Part shown: positions 1 through 10,519 of the stretch, piece after piece
How the letters are laid out: each line of letters begins with the position of its first letter
How positions within the stretch are numbered: the first letter of the stretch is position 1
Source: an uncultured delta proteobacterium
GTDB lineage: Bacteria; Desulfobacterota; Desulfobacteria; Desulfobacterales; SG8-13
Direction: 5' to 3'
Length of the DNA: 64,000 nucleotides
NCBI GenBank assembly: GCA_963792945.1
Contig: CAWBYM010000017.1
Span: 313,717 to 377,716, forward strand
The notes under the pieces: generated by a model
What the model saw: the letters and a program-made list of their open reading frames with translations, nothing else
Told to the model about the DNA's origin: nothing
Databases searched by the model: none
Translations under genes and position numbers: made by a program

Positions 1-1
1 T

Positions 2-700
2 TATCAACCGCATACAGCCAAGGGTCTTTTGGCCCGGTCGGTATATGGTTTGTCAGAAATTTACACCGAAGATATCCGCCATGCCACTCTCATCGGCAAT
101 CCGGGCTGTTACCCCACCAGTGTTCTTTTACCGCTCGTACCGTTGGTGAAGGACGGCTTGGTGGAGCTCCAGACGCTTATTGCGGATTCCAAATCCGGGG
201 TCAGTGGTGCCGGAAGGTCGCCGTCACTGACAACCCTCTATTGCGCAGTAGCAGAGTCGTTCAAAGCCTACAAGATTGCCGCTCATCGTCACAATCCCGA
301 GATGGAGGAAGTGCTCGGCCACCAGGCCGGAAGAGAAGTCGCGCTTACGTTTGTTCCGCATCTGCTGCCCATGTCCCGGGGGATGGAAACCACCATTTAC
401 GCCACACCGGCCGCCGGGGTCGACCTTGAAGATGTTCGTGCCTGTCTGGCGACGTCTTATGCCGGACGAAGGTTCGTGAGGCTATGTGCCGACGGCCAAC
501 CGCCGGATACGCTCCATGTGAGGGGAACGAACTTTTGCGATATCGGATTGGCCTTCGACAAGCGGTGCAACCGAATGATTTTACTTTCGGTTATCGACAA
601 CCTGGTCAAAGGCGCTGCCGGCCAGGCGGTTCAGAATATGAATATCATGCTCGGAATGGATGAGACAACCGGTTTGCTGGGCGTCCCCCATCCCCTATGA
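2..700 (+). CDS. argC: N-acetyl-gamma-glutamyl-phosphate reductase, C-terminal part (5' end outside window)
   Basis: The frame is open from the window edge to the stop at 698-700. The translation contains GNPGCYPTS (catalytic Cys region) and SKSGVSGAGR, both typical of ArgC. Confidence 0.85.
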   Translation, partial: YQPHTAKGLLARSVYGLSEIYTEDIRHATLIGNPGCYPTSVLLPLVPLVKDGLVELQTLIADSKSGVSGAGRSPSLTTLYCAVAESFKAYKIAAHRHNPEMEEVLGHQAGREVALTFVPHLLPMSRGMETTIYATPAAGVDLEDVRACLATSYAGRRFVRLCADGQPPDTLHVRGTNFCDIGLAFDKRCNRMILLSVIDNLVKGAAGQAVQNMNIMLGMDETTGLLGVPHPL

Positions 701-906
701 AGGAGAGCGGTGTCCTGGTTTGTCCGCGCGGGGTCGGTGCCGGGCGCACTGCATTGAACCCAGGGGCTGCAAGGCCGAGGAATCACCGGGACGACACCGG
801 CAGGAGATTCTTGACAACCGCTGGTTATTGATTTAGGACAGGGCGAAAATCTATTCGACCCATCTTATCCCATACCCGCAATTCACTTAAAAAAAGGAGG
901 TTGGAA

Positions 907-1815
907 ATGTCTGCAAAGCTTATTTTGGGCACGGAAATCCGCGAGGAGATCCTGGAGGAGATTACCGCTGAGGTAGCGAAAATCAAAGAAAAACACGGTG
1001 TGGTACCCGGGCTTGTGACCATACTTGTGGGGGAAAATCCAGCTTCCATCTCTTACGTGACCCTGAAGATAAAGACGGCTCACCGCGTCGGCTTCAAAGA
1101 AATTCAGGATACCCAACCGGTAGACATTTCCGAGGCGGACTTGCTGGCGCTGATCGACAAATACAACAAGGACGATTCCATCAATGGCATTCTCGTCCAA
1201 CTGCCGCTTCCCAAACAAGTCGACGAAAAGAAAGTCCTCAACGCCATCGATCCTGACAAGGACGTGGACGGCTTCCATCCGGTCAACGTGGGGAGGCTGA
1301 TGATCGGCGGCAATGAAGTCAAATTTCCTCCGTGCACACCAGCCGGCATTCAAGAAATGATCGTGCGGGCTGGAGTTGAAACCAGCGGAGCCGAAGTCGT
1401 GGTGGTTGGTCGGTCCAATATCGTTGGGAAACCGATTGCGAACATGATGTTGCAAAAAGGACCGGGGGCCAATTCGACCGTCACGATCGTCCACACCCGC
1501 ACCAAAGACCTGGCCGCTCACTGCAAGCGGGCGGATATTCTGATTGTGGCGGCCGGTGTTCCGGATCTGGTCAAACCGGAGTGGATCAAGCCGGGAAGCT
1601 GCGTTATCGATGTGGGGGTCAATCGCGTGGGCGAGAAAATCAGCGAAAAAACCGGCAAAAAGATAGCGATTCTGAAAGGTGACGTCGATTTCGATGCGGC
1701 CAAAGAGATTGCGGGCTCCATTACCCCCGTGCCCGGTGGTGTTGGGCCGATGACGATTACGATGCTCATGAAAAACACTCTGAAATCCCTTAAATTCAAG
1801 CTGGGTATCGACTGA
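907..1815 (+). CDS. folD: bifunctional methylenetetrahydrofolate dehydrogenase / methenyl-THF cyclohydrolase
   Basis: Full-length FolD-like translation (SISYVTLKIKTA, DGFHPVNVGRL, VVVVGRSNIVGKP, PVPGGVGPMT). AAAGGAGG at 892-899 lies 7 nt before the ATG at 907. The track ORF starts two codons earlier at TTG 901. Confidence 0.9.
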   Translation: MSAKLILGTEIREEILEEITAEVAKIKEKHGVVPGLVTILVGENPASISYVTLKIKTAHRVGFKEIQDTQPVDISEADLLALIDKYNKDDSINGILVQLPLPKQVDEKKVLNAIDPDKDVDGFHPVNVGRLMIGGNEVKFPPCTPAGIQEMIVRAGVETSGAEVVVVGRSNIVGKPIANMMLQKGPGANSTVTIVHTRTKDLAAHCKRADILIVAAGVPDLVKPEWIKPGSCVIDVGVNRVGEKISEKTGKKIAILKGDVDFDAAKEIAGSITPVPGGVGPMTITMLMKNTLKSLKFKLGID

Positions 1816-1825
1816 TCACGATAAT

Positions 1826-1864
1826 GACGGTATGGGGAGCTTCGGCAGCGCTCTTCATACCGTC
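1826..1864 (+). terminator. putative folD terminator hairpin
   Basis: 9-bp stem gacggtatg (1826-1834) / cataccgtc (1856-1864), 11 nt after the folD stop. It is followed by acgtttgcaattattt, which is only a weak U-tract. Confidence 0.35.
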
Positions 1865-2012
1865 ACGTTTGCAATTATTTAATATTACTATTATATTTAA
1901 GGAAATGTGGAGGTCATACCGTCCCAACCGTTTGTTCATGGGGCACATCAGCGCTGCTGCCGCGATTGTTCTGATTAATCAAGGCTTCACAGGTCATGTT
2001 TCGATATTTTTC

Positions 2013-2042
2013 TTGACTCTTGATCGGGGTTTGCGATACGAT
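2013..2042 (+). promoter_or_regulatory. sigma70-like promoter candidate for the riboswitch leader
   Basis: TTGACT (2013-2018), 18-nt spacer, TACGAT (2037-2042). An AT-rich stretch precedes it (1867-1905). The predicted start falls just before the aptamer. Confidence 0.4.
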
Positions 2043-2050
2043 CTTTGCAA

Positions 2051-2146
2051 GACTAAATATCGAAAAGGGCAAAGTCACCGAAAGGCGACGACGCAAAACC
2101 ATGGGTCTACCGCCGCAAGGCCACGACTGCCAGGTTGCCGAAGTCA
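2051..2146 (+). promoter_or_regulatory. c-di-GMP-I (GEMM-I)-like riboswitch aptamer
   Basis: AAGGGCAAAG, then hairpin GUCACC-GAAA-GGCGAC, then GACGCAAAACC, then a bulged helix CCAUGGGUC...GACUGCCAGG capped by GCC-GCAA-GGC, then GGUUGCCGA. The order and sequence mirror the V. cholerae Vc2 aptamer as I recall it (GGGCAAACC, GAAA hairpin, GACGCAAAGCC, GGGUUACCGA). Confidence 0.75.
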
Positions 2147-2156
2147 ACGTATTCCG

Positions 2157-2188
2157 CCTTTGGGTGATTCACCCGAGGGTTTTTTTTT
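2157..2188 (+). terminator. intrinsic terminator (riboswitch expression platform)
   Basis: Stem cctttgggtg (2157-2166) / cacccgaggg (2170-2179), 10 pairs including two G-U. It is followed directly by a run of 9 T (2180-2188). Confidence 0.8.
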
Positions 2189-2380
2189 GGGAGAGAGAGA
2201 GCTCTCAAGGAAACTGGAGCCTGCGCCGATAATAAATGGCAGCGAACGAGATACTATTTAGATGGTCACCATTTGAATTGTTCAGGCTGAAAAAGCGAAT
2301 GTGATACATGAGTGGGCATAATAATTCGCAAACACCGCCATAATCGACTGCAACAAATGGTATATTAGGATTAAGTCGCC

Positions 2381-3298
2381 ATGCGAAAAAAAATCTCACT
2401 GGTTATCCTGAGTAACTCCGGTGCGTCGGTCAAGCAGGTTACCATTTCAAAGGCATTTCTAAAGGGTTTTGTGGTTTTCTGCCTGGCAGCCGTCGCTGCC
2501 GTGAGCTATGATTATTATAATTTGAAAATTTCCTCTGTTCAGTCAATGGACAACGCCGTCCAGCTTTCCAGTCAACACGATGAAATCATTCGCCAACGGC
2601 AGCAGATTCAAGATTTTGCCTCGGAGATTTCCGAGCTTAAAAACAAACTGGTCGATCTGAACAATTTCGAGAAAAAAATCAGGATCATCGCCAACATCGA
2701 AAACACCGACGATCAGAACAACTTGTTTGGAGTCGGCGGATCGATCCCTGAGGATCTGGATACCCAGATTCCTTTGAATCAGAAGCACAACAGCCTGCTG
2801 CGCGAAATGCACGAGCAGGTGGATCAGCTTCACCTGGCCTCCATCAACCAGGACCAGGGCTTTGAAACCCTTTTCAAACACCTTCAGGACCAACAGAGCC
2901 TGTTGGCATCGACACCCGCCATCCGACCCTGCCAGGGGTGGACGACGTCGAATTTCGGTTACCGCATATCCCCGTTTACCGGCCGGCGCGAGTTTCACAA
3001 GGGATTCGATATCGCCAATCGAAAAGGGACCCCCATCGTTGCCACCGCCGACGGGGTGGTTTCTTTCGCTGGAGGCAAGGGCCTGCTCGGCAATACGGTC
3101 GTTATCGATCATGGCCACGGAATGGTTACCCGATATGGTCATTTGGACAAATTGGCAGCCAAACGGGGCAAAGCCGTTAAACGCGGAGAAAAGATCGCCA
3201 CGATGGGCAACACCGGCAGAAGCACCGGACCCCACGTACATTATGAAATTCATTTGAATGGAATTCCGGTCAATCCGGAGAAATATATTCTGAATTAA
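2381..3298 (+). CDS. M23 family (LytM-type) metallopeptidase with N-terminal TM helix and coiled-coil region
   Basis: HKGFD (HxxxD) and GPHVHYEIH (HxH) zinc motifs. There is an N-terminal hydrophobic segment FVVFCLAAVAAV and a Q/E-rich coiled-coil-like middle region. Confidence 0.85.
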   Translation: MRKKISLVILSNSGASVKQVTISKAFLKGFVVFCLAAVAAVSYDYYNLKISSVQSMDNAVQLSSQHDEIIRQRQQIQDFASEISELKNKLVDLNNFEKKIRIIANIENTDDQNNLFGVGGSIPEDLDTQIPLNQKHNSLLREMHEQVDQLHLASINQDQGFETLFKHLQDQQSLLASTPAIRPCQGWTTSNFGYRISPFTGRREFHKGFDIANRKGTPIVATADGVVSFAGGKGLLGNTVVIDHGHGMVTRYGHLDKLAAKRGKAVKRGEKIATMGNTGRSTGPHVHYEIHLNGIPVNPEKYILN

Positions 3299-3578
3299 CT
3301 TTCTCGGCGTGCCTTTTTGACCCCTTCACGTTGTTTTGAGTGAAGAGGTTATTTTCTTTGACCTCCCCGGTTTAGACATACCCGCTCTGCAGGACCTGCC
3401 ATCGTCGACCTTTTTTTACACCTCGATGATCGACGCCGCACGGCGTGAATCGCCAAAGTGCCTTTCCCCTGTTTCACCGTTTCACCTATTCCAGTTGAAT
3501 TTACATGTTGAGCCCTTTGGCCCATGTGTTATAATCATCCTTTTAACGTATCCATCACCAAGGAGGCCGTTGCCCATC

Positions 3579-6104
3579 ATGTTTGGCAGTATCCTTACCA
3601 AAGTTTTCGGCAGTAAGAACGAGCGGGAATTGAAAAAACTGCAGCCCGCTGTTGATCAGATTAATGCCTTGGAATCTGATTTCAGATCCCTTAGTGACGC
3701 TCAATTAAGGGAGCAGACCCAGAAGTTCAAGGATCGCCTTAATAATGGTGAAACCTTCGACGATTTGCTGCCCGAGGCGTTTGCCGCTGTCCGAGAAGCC
3801 TCACGCCGGGTTCTCGATATGCGCCATTTCGACGTGCAGTTGATCGGTGGCATGGTGCTGCATCAGGGAAAGATATCTGAAATGAAGACCGGTGAAGGGA
3901 AAACCCTTGTTGCCACCTTACCGGCCTATCTTAACGCATTGACCGGCAAAGGGGTGCACATTATCACCGTCAACGACTACCTGGCCCGGCGCGACACCGA
4001 GTGGATGGGGCACATATTCACCTTTTTGGGCCTGACCGTCGGTACAATCGTCCACGGGTTAGATGATGGCGAACGTAAAAGGGCGTATGAAGCCGACATC
4101 ACTTACGGGACCAATAACGAATTCGGTTTCGACTATCTTCGGGACAATATGAAGTTCGACCGAGCGACACTGGTGCAGAAAGATCTCCACTTTGCCATCG
4201 TCGACGAGGTTGACAGCATCCTGATCGACGAGGCCCGCACGCCGTTGATCATTTCAGGACCGGCGGAAAAATCGACCGATCTCTATTACCGGGTCAACAA
4301 CATCATCCCCAGCCTCACCAAGGAAAAGGACTATACCATCGACGAAAAAGCCCGTGCGGTGACGCTGACGGAGGACGGCGTAGCAAGGGCCGAAAAGCTG
4401 ATGCAGGTCAGCAATCTCTACGACCCCAAGAACATCGAGTTGCTGCACCATATCAACCAAGGGCTCAAGGCCAACACGCTTTTCAAGCGCGATGTCGACT
4501 ACATCGTCAAAAATGGCGAGGTCATCATCGTCGATGAATTCACCGGCCGCCTGATGCCGGGGCGAAGATACAGCGAGGGATTGCATCAGGCACTGGAAGC
4601 TAAGGAGGGCGTCAAGATAGAAAACGAAAACCAGACCCTCGCCACGATTACGTTCCAGAACTACTTCCGGATGTATGACAAGCTGGCCGGTATGACCGGT
4701 ACAGCCGATACGGAAGCGGCTGAATTCAAGAAAATCTACGACCTCGATGTAGTGGTGGTGCCGACTGACAAACCGATGGTCCGCAAAGACAACCCAGACC
4801 TCATATACAAGACCCGCCGGGAGAAATTCAATGCCGTGATCGATGAGATCGATGCGCTCAACAAGAAGGGCCAGCCCGTTCTGGTTGGCACCGTTTCCAT
4901 AGACGTATCGGAGCAGGTCAGCACTCAATTGAAAAAAAGAGGGATCAAACACGAGGTTCTCAACGCCAAGAACCACGAGAAGGAAGCTGAAATCATCACC
5001 ATGGCCGGTCAGAAAGGCGCTGTAACCATTTCCACCAACATGGCCGGGCGTGGCACGGACATCGTTCTCGGGGAGGGGGTCACGGATCTCGGTGGCCTGC
5101 ACATCATCGGTACGGAAAGGCACGAAAGCCGGCGGATCGACAATCAGCTCAGGGGGCGTTCCGGACGACAGGGCGATCCGGGCTCATCGCGCTTTTATCT
5201 CGCGCTGGAGGATGACCTGTTACGAATTTTCGGTGGAGATCGTATCACCGGGATCATGGACAGGCTCGGGATGGAGGAGGGCGAGCCGATCGAACACAAT
5301 CTGATCAGCCGGGCGATCGAAAACGCCCAGTCGAAAGTGGAGGGCCGCAACTTTGAGATCCGCAAGCAGCTGCTGGAATATGATGACGTCATGAACCAGC
5401 AACGCGAGGTCATTTACCGCCAGCGCCGGGAAGCCCTCTTCGGCAAAGACCTCAAAGACTCGATACTCGATATCATCGAGGAAAAAGCCGAGGAGATCGC
5501 CGAAGTATTCGCCGACGAACGGATTCCGGCCGAGGAATGGGATATCAAAGGCCTGAACGAGTCCGTCTTCAAACAGTTCAACCTGCGGTTGCCGCCCATG
5601 GATGCCGACACCCTCGACGGACTCAATAGCGAGGGCCTGGCCCAGCTCATAACGGACGAGGCCGTTGCAATTTACGAAGAAAGAGAACGGGCAATCGGTG
5701 GGGCGGATTTTCGCCAGCTCGAACGCATCGTCATGCTCCAGACGGTAGACAACCTTTGGAAAGATCACCTGCTCTCCATGGATCATCTCAAAGAGGGCAT
5801 TGGGTTGCGGGGATATGCCCAACAGAATCCGCTCTTGGTTTACAAGAAAGAGGGATTCGATATGTTTCAGGACATGATCGCCCGGATCAAGGAAGAAACC
5901 CTCGGAATACTTTTCAGGGTCCAGCTCGCCGAGCCACAGGAAATAAGGGAAATCCAAAAACCCCGCGAGCAACAGCTGACCTATTCCGGCTCGGGGGAGC
6001 CGGCGAAAAAAAAGCCGGTCCAGAGGGCCGCCGACAAGGTTGGACGCAATGCGCCTTGTCCGTGCGGCAGTGGAAAGAAATTCAAAAAATGCTGCGGTCG
6101 ATAG
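3579..6104 (+). CDS. secA: preprotein translocase ATPase SecA
   Basis: Canonical N-terminus [20 protein letters not shown] at ATG 3579, with AGGAGG at 3561-3566. MKTGEGKT Walker A, and the C-terminal zinc motif [14 protein letters not shown]. The 81 upstream codons of the track ORF have no SecA similarity. Confidence 0.95.
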   Translation: MFGSILTKVFGSKNERELKKLQPAVDQINALESDFRSLSDAQLREQTQKFKDRLNNGETFDDLLPEAFAAVREASRRVLDMRHFDVQLIGGMVLHQGKISEMKTGEGKTLVATLPAYLNALTGKGVHIITVNDYLARRDTEWMGHIFTFLGLTVGTIVHGLDDGERKRAYEADITYGTNNEFGFDYLRDNMKFDRATLVQKDLHFAIVDEVDSILIDEARTPLIISGPAEKSTDLYYRVNNIIPSLTKEKDYTIDEKARAVTLTEDGVARAEKLMQVSNLYDPKNIELLHHINQGLKANTLFKRDVDYIVKNGEVIIVDEFTGRLMPGRRYSEGLHQALEAKEGVKIENENQTLATITFQNYFRMYDKLAGMTGTADTEAAEFKKIYDLDVVVVPTDKPMVRKDNPDLIYKTRREKFNAVIDEIDALNKKGQPVLVGTVSIDVSEQVSTQLKKRGIKHEVLNAKNHEKEAEIITMAGQKGAVTISTNMAGRGTDIVLGEGVTDLGGLHIIGTERHESRRIDNQLRGRSGRQGDPGSSRFYLALEDDLLRIFGGDRITGIMDRLGMEEGEPIEHNLISRAIENAQSKVEGRNFEIRKQLLEYDDVMNQQREVIYRQRREALFGKDLKDSILDIIEEKAEEIAEVFADERIPAEEWDIKGLNESVFKQFNLRLPPMDADTLDGLNSEGLAQLITDEAVAIYEERERAIGGADFRQLERIVMLQTVDNLWKDHLLSMDHLKEGIGLRGYAQQNPLLVYKKEGFDMFQDMIARIKEETLGILFRVQLAEPQEIREIQKPREQQLTYSGSGEPAKKKPVQRAADKVGRNAPCPCGSGKKFKKCCGR

Positions 6105-6425
6105 GGGCACTGGCAAATGGATTTCCCAGTGGACGCTCCCCATCGGGCGTGATATCATATGGTTATACCCGTGCCGTGCTGTCCCGAATCTGCCGCCCGA
6201 TCGAATTTGGCGGCTGACCTTTACAAGATTCGATCCAAGTGCTTATATTGAACCCATCTTCGCTTGGGAAGCCTGACAGCGGGGCATGAGTCAAGGCGGG
6301 TCAGCGGATCGACGCCATCTGTTTTACTGCCCAAAAGGCCGGTGCGCTCTGGTTTACCTGGCAACCGCTGCCATGCGAAGCCACACACCTGCTAAATTTG
6401 ACCAATGCGTATTCTGGAAAATTGA

Positions 6426-6734
6426 ATGAGCGAGTATCTTCCCGAAATAGAGGGAGAGATGTCATCGGAAACCGATGTGACCGAGCCGTCTCTTTATCGG
6501 GTGCTGCTTCTCAACGATGATTACACGACCATGGAATTCGTGATCGAAATCCTCAAAATCGTGTTCCGCAAATCGGTCGACGAGGCCACCCGAATCATGC
6601 TCAATGTTCATCAGGCGGGTGCTGGTCTATGCGGTATATTTACCTTTGAAATTGCTGAAACAAAAGTGGACACTGTTCACTCTCTGGCAAGAGAGAACGG
6701 TTTTCCGCTCAAATGTACCATGGAGAAAGAGTAA
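6426..6734 (+). CDS. clpS: ATP-dependent Clp protease adaptor ClpS
   Basis: LYRVLLLNDDYTTMEFVIEIL and MLNVHQAGAGLCG are hallmark ClpS segments. The gene ends 3 nt before clpA. Confidence 0.9.
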   Translation: MSEYLPEIEGEMSSETDVTEPSLYRVLLLNDDYTTMEFVIEILKIVFRKSVDEATRIMLNVHQAGAGLCGIFTFEIAETKVDTVHSLARENGFPLKCTMEKE

Positions 6735-6737
6735 GTC

Positions 6738-8972
6738 ATGATAAGCAAAGAACTGAGCGTCACCTTGGGCCTAGCTGTGCGTGAAGCAAAAAAGCGGCGC
6801 CATGAGTACGTTTGTGTCGAACACATCCTTTTCGCTATTTTGTACGATAGTGTCGGTATAGAAATCATAGAAAGTTGCGGCGGCAACGTGGAGAACATGA
6901 ACCGGTCGCTGGAGGAATTTTTCAACGAAAAGTTGGAGCGGGTTGCCGAAGGGACCGAGTATGTGTTGCAGCAGACCATCGCATTTCAGAGGGTCATACA
7001 GCGCGCAGTGAACCATGTCCGCTCTGCCGAAAAGCAGGAGGTCGAGGTCAGCGATATTCTCGCGTCAATCTTCCTGGAGAAAGATTCGCATGCGGCTTTC
7101 ATTCTGCAGGGAGAGGGGGTCACTCGCCTGGATGTGTTGAATTACATCTCGCATGAAGTGCCGAAGACCCCGTATGAAGAAGAGGAGTCCGGCGGATTCT
7201 CCAAAACCGAACGCAGGGACAAGAAAAAGAAGGGGGATCCGCTGGAAATGTTTACAGTGGATCTGGTCAAGATGGCCGCAGACGGTAAATTGGACCCGCT
7301 CATCGGTCGTGAGCTCGAAATGGAAAGAACCATGCAGGTCCTCTGCCGGAGGAGAAAGAACAACCCTGTTTTTGTGGGTGATCCGGGAGTGGGCAAAACG
7401 GCCATGGCTGAAGGCTTGGCCCAGAAAATCAACGATGGATCCGTGCCCGATATTCTCAGTGATGTGCGCATCTACTCGTTGGATCTCGGCGGCATGTTGG
7501 CCGGCACCAAATTCCGCGGAGATTTCGAGCAGAGACTCAAAGGGGTCATTCAGGCGCTTCAGCGGCTGCCCAAAGCGATCCTCTTCATCGACGAGATCCA
7601 TACGATCGTCGGTGCCGGTGCTACAAGCAGCGGCTCAATGGACGCATCCAACATTCTAAAGCCTGTGCTGGCCACCGGGGATATACGCTGCATCGGTTCG
7701 ACCACTTACGAAGAGTACAAAAACCATTTCGAAAAAGACCGCGCCCTGTCGCGCCGCTTCGAAAAAATCGAGATCAGCGAGCCGCCGGTCAAGGAAACCA
7801 TTCAGATCCTCAAGGGGCTCAAGTCCCGCTATGAAGACCACCATGGCATCGTCTACACCGACCAGGCCATCAAGTCGGCTGCAGAGTTGAGCGCAAAGTT
7901 CCTCAATGACCGCTACCTGCCGGACAAGGCCATCGATGTCATCGACGAGGCCGGGGCTTATATACGACTCGCCGGTTCTTCGCGACGAAAGTACATCAAC
8001 CCGGCGGACATTGAAAAGATCATCGCCAAAATGGCCCGGATTCCCACCCGCAGTGTGTCGACATCGGACCGCAACAAACTTGAAAACCTTGACGACGAAT
8101 TGAAATCGGTCGTCTTCGGTCAGGACGAGGCCATCCAATCGCTGGTGACGGCCATCAAGCGGTCACGGGCGGGGTTGGGAACACCTGGGAAACCCGTTGG
8201 CTCCTTCCTGTTTACCGGACCCACCGGTGTCGGCAAAACGGAGGTATCCCGCCAGTTGGCGCGCATACTCGGTGTCGAATTCCTGCGATTCGACATGAGC
8301 GAATACATGGAAAAGCACACCGTGGCCCGCCTGATCGGCGCCCCGCCGGGATACATCGGCTTCGATCAGGGCGGTTTGCTGACCGATGGGATTCGCAAGC
8401 ACCCATACAGCATCCTCCTTTTGGATGAGATCGAAAAAGCCCATCCAGACCTGTTCAACATCCTCCTGCAGGTCATGGACCATGCCACATTGACCGACAA
8501 CAACGGCAAAAAGGCCGATTTCCGCAACGTGATCATCATTATGACTTCCAACGCTGGTTCGCGTGAAATGACCGGCCGTTCCATCGGTTTCGGTGACGGT
8601 GTCAAGGATGCCGAACACAAAGGCCAGAAGGCGATCGAGGGGCTGTTCAGCCCCGAATTCAGGAACCGACTGGATGCCACCATCTCCTTTCACGCACTGA
8701 CGGTCGAAATCATGAAATTGATCGTGGACAAATTCATCCAGGAGCTCAACGAGCAGCTGGCTGCCAGGAAGGTGGTTCTGACCATTACGTCCGATGTGCG
8801 GACATGGTTGGCGGAAAAGGGATATGACCCCACTTACGGCGCCCGACCCCTCGGGCGCTTGATCCAGTCTGAAATCAAGGATGGACTGTCGGATGAAATT
8901 CTTTTCGGCCGTTTGAGCCGCGGCGGATCCATCACGGTCGGTCTCGAGGAAGACAAACTGGTTTTCGTCTGA
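6738..8972 (+). CDS. clpA: ATP-dependent Clp protease ATP-binding subunit ClpA
   Basis: Two AAA+ modules (GDPGVGKT and GPTGVGKT Walker A). It has a Clp N-domain and lacks the long middle coiled coil of ClpB. Length is 744 aa. Confidence 0.9.
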   Translation: MISKELSVTLGLAVREAKKRRHEYVCVEHILFAILYDSVGIEIIESCGGNVENMNRSLEEFFNEKLERVAEGTEYVLQQTIAFQRVIQRAVNHVRSAEKQEVEVSDILASIFLEKDSHAAFILQGEGVTRLDVLNYISHEVPKTPYEEEESGGFSKTERRDKKKKGDPLEMFTVDLVKMAADGKLDPLIGRELEMERTMQVLCRRRKNNPVFVGDPGVGKTAMAEGLAQKINDGSVPDILSDVRIYSLDLGGMLAGTKFRGDFEQRLKGVIQALQRLPKAILFIDEIHTIVGAGATSSGSMDASNILKPVLATGDIRCIGSTTYEEYKNHFEKDRALSRRFEKIEISEPPVKETIQILKGLKSRYEDHHGIVYTDQAIKSAAELSAKFLNDRYLPDKAIDVIDEAGAYIRLAGSSRRKYINPADIEKIIAKMARIPTRSVSTSDRNKLENLDDELKSVVFGQDEAIQSLVTAIKRSRAGLGTPGKPVGSFLFTGPTGVGKTEVSRQLARILGVEFLRFDMSEYMEKHTVARLIGAPPGYIGFDQGGLLTDGIRKHPYSILLLDEIEKAHPDLFNILLQVMDHATLTDNNGKKADFRNVIIIMTSNAGSREMTGRSIGFGDGVKDAEHKGQKAIEGLFSPEFRNRLDATISFHALTVEIMKLIVDKFIQELNEQLAARKVVLTITSDVRTWLAEKGYDPTYGARPLGRLIQSEIKDGLSDEILFGRLSRGGSITVGLEEDKLVFV

Positions 8973-9101
8973 TCCGTTGAGCGATGCCGGCTTCCGGGGT
9001 TTTGGGATATTGCGGGAACGTTTCGATCTGCCGGTTGCCACGATAGAGGTGCTTCCGATCGCAAGCGCCCATTCAAAGCCCCGTAACACGCATTGACCGC
9101 T

Positions 9102-9812
9102 ATGCCCGTATTTCTCCTTTCCGAAAACATCGCTTTTCCCCCCGCTCACCTCGCAACCCCGGAAGGCCTGTTGGCCGTCGGCGGAGATCTCAGCCAGGAG
9201 CGACTGCTGACGGCCTATCGCATGGGCATATTTCCCTGGTATTCCGGTGATGAACCGATTCTCTGGTGGTCTCCGGACCCGCGTCTCGTCCTGTACCCCA
9301 ACGAACTGCATGTGTCACGGACACTCAGCAGGGTCCTGAAGAAAAACCGGTTCACCATCACGATGGACCACGCCTTCAAGGATGTGATCGCCGCCTGCGC
9401 AGAGGTTCGCACCCAAAACGGTGAGGGGACCTGGATCGTAGGTGACATGGAAGAGGCTTACTGCCGGCTGCATTCGGCAGGATATGCGCACTCGGTGGAA
9501 ACGTGGATGGACGGGCGTTTGGCCGGCGGCCTTTACGGATTGTCGATAGGGCGCTGCTTCTTCGGGGAATCGATGTTTTCACGCACCAGCAATGCCTCCA
9601 ATGTTGCCCTGACCGCTTTGGTGCGCTACCTAAAGGCCTTGTCTTTCGATTTTATCGACTGCCAGATGACCACGGCCCACCTGATGCGGTTCGGTGCCAG
9701 GGAGATCTCCCGAACGCAGTTTCTCAAAGAACTGCGCTCGGCACTGGCCGGTCCGACCCTGAAAGGCCGGTGGCTGTATCCACACCCTCATCCCGCCGAT
9801 TCACTGAACTGA
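9102..9812 (+). CDS. aat: leucyl/phenylalanyl-tRNA--protein transferase
   Basis: GIFPWYSGDEPILWWSPDPRLVL and FGESMFS motifs. The start at ATG 9102 (MPVFLLS) aligns with the E. coli Aat N-terminus. The track ORF starts at TTG 9093. Confidence 0.85.
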   Translation: MPVFLLSENIAFPPAHLATPEGLLAVGGDLSQERLLTAYRMGIFPWYSGDEPILWWSPDPRLVLYPNELHVSRTLSRVLKKNRFTITMDHAFKDVIAACAEVRTQNGEGTWIVGDMEEAYCRLHSAGYAHSVETWMDGRLAGGLYGLSIGRCFFGESMFSRTSNASNVALTALVRYLKALSFDFIDCQMTTAHLMRFGAREISRTQFLKELRSALAGPTLKGRWLYPHPHPADSLN

Positions 9813-10169
9813 AGACCGCCGATGAACGGCAAGCCAACGCCCTTTCCACTGCTTGACAAGGCTACGCGGCAGGCGCTAAGAAGTTTTCGTTTACGATTGG
9901 TTCCGTTCCGCCGTTTCGGCGTCGATCAGCGGAACCGGTTGGGCCGTGTCGGTGAGGGCACCACCACGCAACGCGTTGAATTAATCATCATGCTTGAATG
10001 AAATCGCGGTTTTCTGGAACCCTGACTCGATCGTGCCATCAACTGTTCGTTGAAGGGTAAGTCCTGTTTGACCCTATCCGGATGGACATGAAGACCATGT
10101 GCGTTGAGCGTCTGGCGCCGGGCGCCTTCGAAAAAATTGACAGGTTAACTATGAGGGGGGAAAAGACAC

Positions 10170-10508
10170 ATGGAGGATGAGTGCATTTTTTGCAATATCA
10201 CTGCGGGCAAAACCGACACCCGGTTCTTGTTCGAAGACGACCGCCTGGTCGTGTTCAAAGACATCAACCCTCATGCTCCGGTTCATGACTTGATCGTTCC
10301 GCGTCGCCACATCCGCAGCATCAACGATTTGACCGATCAAGACGGCGACATCATCTCCAATATGATCATGGCCGGACGTCATATGGCCAAACAACACCGG
10401 ATCGACGCCAGCGGATACAAACTGGTTTACAATGTGGAATGGGGCGGCGGGCAACGCATATTTCACCTGCATCTGCACATGATAGGCGGGTGGGACAAAC
10501 AGAAATAG
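10170..10508 (+). CDS. HIT (histidine triad) family nucleotide hydrolase
   Basis: CIFC N-terminal motif and the histidine triad HLHLHMIGG near the C-terminus. Length is 112 aa. Confidence 0.85.
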   Translation: MEDECIFCNITAGKTDTRFLFEDDRLVVFKDINPHAPVHDLIVPRRHIRSINDLTDQDGDIISNMIMAGRHMAKQHRIDASGYKLVYNVEWGGGQRIFHLHLHMIGGWDKQK

Positions 10509-10519
10509 CCGGTCGCCGC

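Noticed and set aside
701-906. A possible ZTP (pfl) riboswitch or promoter upstream of folD (TTGACA at 811-816).
   Set aside because: The pfl hallmarks (GGGUCGUGAC...CCGGGCGGA...CCGCCUGGGCA-type pseudoknot) are not present. The TTGACA has no acceptable -10 at 17-18 nt (taggac).
1824-2261. A 145-aa plus-strand ORF spanning the folD / M23 spacer.
   Set aside because: It overlaps the promoter, the GEMM-I aptamer and the T9 terminator. The translation has no protein-like features, and the RNA explanation fits better.
3336-3578. An 81-codon N-terminal extension of the secA ORF.
   Set aside because: The canonical SecA N-terminus ([11 protein letters not shown]) starts at ATG 3579, behind an AGGAGG. 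The upstream codons have no SecA similarity.
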